Positions 59,429 through 64,000 of a stretch of DNA of 64,000 nucleotides are shown here, piece by piece. The notes beneath the pieces were generated by a model. The model worked only from the letters and a program-made list of their open reading frames with translations, had not been told where the DNA came from and did not search any database. The stretch's first letter is position 1. Each line of letters begins with the position of its first letter. The DNA comes from an uncultured Gammaproteobacteria bacterium (lineage in GTDB: Bacteria > Pseudomonadota > Gammaproteobacteria > UBA9214). Location: assembly GCA_963701455.1 (NCBI GenBank), contig CAVPAE010000001.1, positions 15,549 to 79,548 of the forward strand. Direction: 5' to 3'. The position numbers and the translations under genes are program-made.

Positions 59429-60682
59429 TCAGGATTCCGCCGCGGCATCCTCATCTGTCGGCCGACGGATATTGGTCTTGTTGATGCTGCGGCTGGAAGC
59501 CTCGAGAATCGTCACCTCGAGGTCGTCGATAAGGAATTTTTCACCCGCCTCGGGAATACTCTCCGTGTGGTTCAGCACCCACAGGCTGACGGTATCGGTG
59601 GGCTTGCCAGGCAGTTCCATATCGAAATACTCCTCGACCAGGCGCAACTCGGCGCTGCCATCGGTGATGATTTCATCCCCGGAAACTTCCCTGAGGATTT
59701 GCGGCGTGATATCGCTTTCGTCGTAGATCTCACCCAGCAGTTCTTCCATCAGGTCCTCAAGTGTAACGATACCGCGCACTTCCCCGTATTCGTCCACCAC
59801 GATGGAGAAATGCCGGTTGCGCCGCCGCAGCATCGCAAGCAGGGCATCGATGTTATGGTACTGGGAAACGAACAGGGGCTTGTGCCCGATTTCCTCCAGG
59901 GTCACGTCCAGCCGGTCGTTCGCAATGGCATTCATCATATCCCGCATGTACAGAACCTTGACGATATTGTCCGGCTGATCCATGAACAGGGGAACACGTG
60001 AATAGGGTTCACTGATCAGCAGTGGCAGGGCGGTCGCAACGGACAGTTTGCAATCCAGGGCGAAGATCTTGCCCTTGGGCGTCATGACATCCCTGACCTT
60101 CAGGTCATTGAACCCGAAGACCCGCTCGATGATGTCACGCTCATGGTGGTGAATCTCGCCTTCGGCAACACCGTGGCCCAGCATGCCGATCAGCTCTGAT
60201 TCGGTAACCGTCGGTTCTTCCTGCCCGCCCGTGAGACGGTGCACCCAGGTCGTGAATTGTCCGAACAGCCAGACAAGGGGGTACATCAGCCGCATGAACA
60301 GCAACAGGGGCGTGGCGGCAACCAGGGAAATGCGCTCCGGGTAGCGGGTCGCCAGGCTTTTCGGGGTGATCTCGCCAAACACCAGGACAAACAGGGTCAA
60401 CAGGCCCACGGCGATACCGGGCCCGGCACTACCGAATTCCCGCGTGGCGATGACTGTCGCCATGGCGGAAGCCCCGATATTGACGAGGTTGTTGCCAATC
60501 AGGATGGTCGTCAGCATGCGCGACGGGTCTTTCTTGAGCTCGTACAGGGCAGCCGCCCCGGCGCGCCCTTCCCTGACCAGGGCTTCCACCCGCGCCCTGG
60601 ACAGTGCTACCAGTGCAGTCTCGGACCCTGAAAATGCTCCGGAAAGCACCAGCAGGACCAGCAGTGCGGCAAGCTCACCCAT
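59429..60682 (-). CDS. CNNM/CorC transporter, canonical subtype C
   Basis: FSGSETALV, GNNLVN, GEITPKS, YSRVPL, VVDEYGEVRGIVTLEDLMEE. Confidence 0.92.
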   Translation of the reverse strand: MGELAALLVLLVLSGAFSGSETALVALSRARVEALVREGRAGAAALYELKKDPSRMLTTILIGNNLVNIGASAMATVIATREFGSAGPGIAVGLLTLFVLVFGEITPKSLATRYPERISLVAATPLLLFMRLMYPLVWLFGQFTTWVHRLTGGQEEPTVTESELIGMLGHGVAEGEIHHHERDIIERVFGFNDLKVRDVMTPKGKIFALDCKLSVATALPLLISEPYSRVPLFMDQPDNIVKVLYMRDMMNAIANDRLDVTLEEIGHKPLFVSQYHNIDALLAMLRRRNRHFSIVVDEYGEVRGIVTLEDLMEELLGEIYDESDITPQILREVSGDEIITDGSAELRLVEEYFDMELPGKPTDTVSLWVLNHTESIPEAGEKFLIDDLEVTILEASSRSINKTNIRRPTDEDAAAES

Positions 60683-60724
60683 TAGCCTGATGCCTGGCAG
60701 ACAGGAAAATCATATCCGTGCATA

Positions 60725-61966
60725 CTACCACTGAACCCTCACTTCCTCGATTGCACGTTCCGAGCCGCGCTGGATAACAAAGGTAATCTTTTTGTACCGG
60801 ACACGGGTCCCGACAACCGGCACATCCCGCACCCGCTCCAGCAGGAACCCGGCCAGGGTTGCATATTTCCCTTCCGGCAGTTCGATATTCAGGGCTTCCG
60901 CGAGGGCCTCCGGCTCGATGCGGGCACTGGCCAGGTAATCCCGTTCTCCCAGCTTGCGCAGCCACCCGGTCGGGTTCTCCCGCACGTCGAACTCATCAGA
61001 AAGATCCGCGACGATTTCCTCGAGAATATCCTCAACCGTCACGATACCCTCGGCACCGCCGAATTCATCGACGACAACCGACAGCAAGTGGCGCTCGCGC
61101 TGCATATCCTGCAACAGGGTTTGAATGCTCTTGGAGCCGGGTACGTAGTCCACCGGCCGGATGTAGGCGGCTATGGGTTCCTGCGGATCAACGCCCAGCA
61201 GTTCCAGGGCATCGAGCATACCCACGATCCGGTCCACCCGTTTTGAGTAGACCGGCATCCGCTTGTGTGCCTTGGTCCTGGCAAGCCGCATGGCCTCGCC
61301 GCAGGATGCACCCTGCTCAATGCCGACCACGTCTATAAGCGGCATCATGATTTCAGCGACGGTTGTCTCCTCGAAGTCGAACAGCCTGCGGATCATCGCC
61401 TTCTCGCTCGTGTCGATATCCCCGCCCTCGGTTGACATCTGCATCAGGGCGAAAATTTCCTCGCGCAAGGTGAAGGGGTTATGGCTCCCCGTCCGGTCTC
61501 CCACCAGCTTCGCGAGCAGACGCGTCAACAGACTGAATACGATCAGGATCGGGTAGAACACCCAGGAAAAAAACTTCAGCAGAAAAATGACCCGCGGGGT
61601 TATGACATCCGCGCGTTGCTGGAAAACGCTCTTGGGCACGATTTCACCGAACACCCAGATCAGCGGCGCCACCAGCGCCACGGCCAGCCAGCTGCCGGAC
61701 TCACCGAACAATTGCAGCATCAGCGCCGTTGCCATGGTGGTGTTCGCCACCACGGCAATATTGGTACCGACCAGGGTAGTGGAAAGCAGCCACTCGGGCT
61801 TGTTGAGCATATCCAGCGCCAGCTTCGAACCCAGCGATCCTTTCGCCGCATCATGCCGCAGTTTCATGCGATCGGCGCTGACAACACCCATCTCGGACCC
61901 GGAAAAGAAACCCTCGGCAACGAGGCAGGCAACCATCAGGCCGAATGTCACCAGAATATCGTTCAC
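60725..61966 (-). CDS. CNNM/CorC transporter, subtype B
   Basis: FFSGSEMGVV, GTNIAV, GEIVPKS, VVDEFGGAEGIVTVEDILEE. Confidence 0.92.
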   Translation of the reverse strand: MNDILVTFGLMVACLVAEGFFSGSEMGVVSADRMKLRHDAAKGSLGSKLALDMLNKPEWLLSTTLVGTNIAVVANTTMATALMLQLFGESGSWLAVALVAPLIWVFGEIVPKSVFQQRADVITPRVIFLLKFFSWVFYPILIVFSLLTRLLAKLVGDRTGSHNPFTLREEIFALMQMSTEGGDIDTSEKAMIRRLFDFEETTVAEIMMPLIDVVGIEQGASCGEAMRLARTKAHKRMPVYSKRVDRIVGMLDALELLGVDPQEPIAAYIRPVDYVPGSKSIQTLLQDMQRERHLLSVVVDEFGGAEGIVTVEDILEEIVADLSDEFDVRENPTGWLRKLGERDYLASARIEPEALAEALNIELPEGKYATLAGFLLERVRDVPVVGTRVRYKKITFVIQRGSERAIEEVRVQW

Positions 61967-63339
61967 TGTCCAGACTCCCTGGTTGACGGGTCGCCGACGG
62001 GTTCAGCCGGGGCAGCGGCTTCCCGTCCGTCACCGGGAGTCAGCACCTCGGCCGCTGCAGAATCCTCGTTGGCCGCGTCTGTTCCCTTTTTCACGGACAG
62101 CATCATGATCCGGTTGCCCTCAACTGTTTCCACCAAAAATTCCAAATCATCAATCAGCAGTTTTTCGCCAACGACCGGCAGCTCACCGAACCGGTCCAGC
62201 ACCAGCCCGCCAACGGTTTCAGCTGAGTCCTCAGGCAGATGCTGCAGGAATTCCCGGTTAAACTGCTCTATTGGCATCCCCCCTTCGATGCGCGTACTGC
62301 CATCCGTCAACTTCCGGTATGGCATGACGGACACCGAATCAGAGGCGCTGGGAAGATCGCCGAAGATACATTCCAGCAGATCCTCCATGCTGACCAGTCC
62401 GGTCACGCCGCCATACTCATCGACGACCAGGGCGAGTGACAGCTTGCGCTTTCTGAACGTATGAAACAGTTCGGCCGCCAGTTTGGTTTCGGGCACGAAA
62501 TACGGGGAACGCAGCAACTGCCGCTTGCCCTCATCAAGCCGTGACAGCTCATCCGGCTCCAGTCCGAGCAGATCCCGCGCGTAGAGAATGCCGAGAATAT
62601 TGTTGCGATTTTCATGGAAGACCGGCACCTTGGTGCGCCGGGTGCGCCGCAGTTCCTGCAGCATGTCCTCCAGTGACCTGTCCGCAGACAGGAACAGCAC
62701 ATTCGACCGGGGCGTCATCACGTCCTCGACGGTCATGTCACCGAACTCGAAGATATGGTCGATGTAGCGCGCCTCGACCGGATTCAGCACCCCTTCCCCG
62801 ACCGCTTCCCGGGCCAGGGTCCGCACCATGTCCTCGGTCACGATATTTGCACGCGAACGTTCCTTGCCGACAATCAGGGTGGTCACCCAGTCCGCCACCT
62901 GCCGCACCAGCCAGCGCAGCGGGCTTATCAGGGAGGCAAACAGGGCGATGTATTTGCTCTGAAAGGCAGCGAAGGCGACATTGTTCCTGATAGCCAGGGT
63001 TTTCGGGGTGATCTCTCCCACCAGCAGCAGGATTGGCACCATGATGAACAGGTTCACAAACTTGTTCTCGGCACCCAGCAGCTGGATAACGATCGCTGCC
63101 GAAATCACGGATGCGGCCACGTTCACGAATTCATTGCCAATGAGAATGGTCACGATCAGGCGACGCGGCTGGCTCAACAGCCGTTCAATCTGCTTCAGGC
63201 CGGCGTGACCATCACGCCGCATCTGTTCCAGCTGGATCTTGCTTAGCGAAAACAGGCTCGTTTCGGCACTGGAGAAGAAACCCGAAAACCCCATCAGGAC
63301 CACGAACAACGTCACTTCAATCCACAATGTAATATCCAT
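61963..63339 (-). CDS. CNNM/CorC transporter, subtype A
   Basis: FFSSAETSLFSL, GNEFVN, GEITPKT, MTPR, VVDEYGGVTGLVSMED. Confidence 0.92.
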   Translation of the reverse strand: MDITLWIEVTLFVVLMGFSGFFSSAETSLFSLSKIQLEQMRRDGHAGLKQIERLLSQPRRLIVTILIGNEFVNVAASVISAAIVIQLLGAENKFVNLFIMVPILLLVGEITPKTLAIRNNVAFAAFQSKYIALFASLISPLRWLVRQVADWVTTLIVGKERSRANIVTEDMVRTLAREAVGEGVLNPVEARYIDHIFEFGDMTVEDVMTPRSNVLFLSADRSLEDMLQELRRTRRTKVPVFHENRNNILGILYARDLLGLEPDELSRLDEGKRQLLRSPYFVPETKLAAELFHTFRKRKLSLALVVDEYGGVTGLVSMEDLLECIFGDLPSASDSVSVMPYRKLTDGSTRIEGGMPIEQFNREFLQHLPEDSAETVGGLVLDRFGELPVVGEKLLIDDLEFLVETVEGNRIMMLSVKKGTDAANEDSAAAEVLTPGDGREAAAPAEPVGDPSTRESGQ

Positions 63340-63545
63340 CCACCCCCCGTTTCACGGATCTGGCTGTTTTTCTGACAATTTCTTGAGTATCAGGTGATAA
63401 TAGTGACAAAATACCGAAACATAAAAGCATAATTCAGTTAACAGACACCTCAGAGAGAGAAGCATTTCCGGGGTCGGTAGCGACACAGGCGGCGGCACTG
63501 ACACGTAAACTGCCGTTAGCGGACAGACGCGGGAATCATACCAAT

Positions 63546-64000
63546 ATGCAACTTGCATTTACAATAGATAATGATAAAAATATCAATGAGTTGATAGGTT
63601 TTCTGCAAGAAAACATTCACGCTGTTTCCTCCCCCTCGCAACAGTTGCAGCGGACCTGCTATGACACCTTTGACTGGCGGGTATTCGGCAGCAATGCGGT
63701 ACTGGAAGCGGAGATCAACGGCAGGCAGCACGAACTGCTGTGGCGTTCGCTCGATGACAGCGGGCAGCGCCTGCATGTCGCACTCACGCGTGCCCCCCGG
63801 TTTGTGCGGGACATTCCACCCGGTCAGCTGCGCGACAAGCTGGCACCGGTTCTGGAAATGCGCGAACTCCTGCCACTCGTCAATATCAGTTCGCGAATTC
63901 ATACCCTGCGGGTACTGGACAAGGTCGAGAAAACCGTGGCCCGTATCCTGATAGAAGAAAACGGAATCCGGCGCCGCAAAGGCGGCAAGGTCGTGCTGCA
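63546..64000 (+). CDS. CHAD-domain-family protein, N-terminal part (3'-truncated; absent from the ORF track)
   Basis: Open frame from ATG 63546 to the window end: MQLAFTID...CYDTFDWRVF...LAPVLEMRELLP...LRVLDKVEKTVAR, the N-terminal signature I recognise from CHAD-containing proteins. The CHAD domain itself lies beyond the window. Confidence 0.75.
   Translation, partial: MQLAFTIDNDKNINELIGFLQENIHAVSSPSQQLQRTCYDTFDWRVFGSNAVLEAEINGRQHELLWRSLDDSGQRLHVALTRAPRFVRDIPPGQLRDKLAPVLEMRELLPLVNISSRIHTLRVLDKVEKTVARILIEENGIRRRKGGKVVL

Overview
High-GC (roughly 60%) bacterial chromosome segment. Gene content and housekeeping proteins suggest a sulfur-oxidising gammaproteobacterium (inference). No rRNA, tRNA, transposase or CRISPR array was seen. 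Four blocks: (1) 1-13.6 kb: a truncated GNAT/peptidase C39-like gene, a complete nine-gene A/V-type ATPase operon (G/H-C-I-K-F-E-A-B-D), mgtE, cysC with an unusual insertion and a decayed DUF302 gene. (2) 13.7-28.7 kb: a lithotrophic energy cluster with soxYZ, fccAB, a CcoI-type P-ATPase, cytochrome c4 and a B-family (ba3-type) oxidase, set divergently from napDAGHBF with an FNR-type box between them. (3) 28.9-37.7 kb: tsaB, yoaA, lpoP-like, mrcB and DUF4197, then a BTAD regulator / small protein / VPLPA-CTERM module. (4) 38-64 kb, the most interesting part: a ~26 kb phosphate/polyphosphate-themed island. It surrounds the functionally uncharacterised GAK (Grasp And Kinase) system (HprK-related kinase B, ATP-grasp enzyme, CofD-like protein, amphi-Trp protein, PhoU-kinase fusion, several phosphohydrolases) with ppk1, CYTH, CHAD, a Na/Pi cotransporter, a double ATP-cone 2-phosphoglycerate-kinase-like protein and five CNNM/CorC paralogues arranged as repeated A-B pairs. 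11-bp-period repeats precede ppk1. Three genes carry apparent single-base insertions, which may be assembly errors. All family assignments come from motif recognition, not from database searches.
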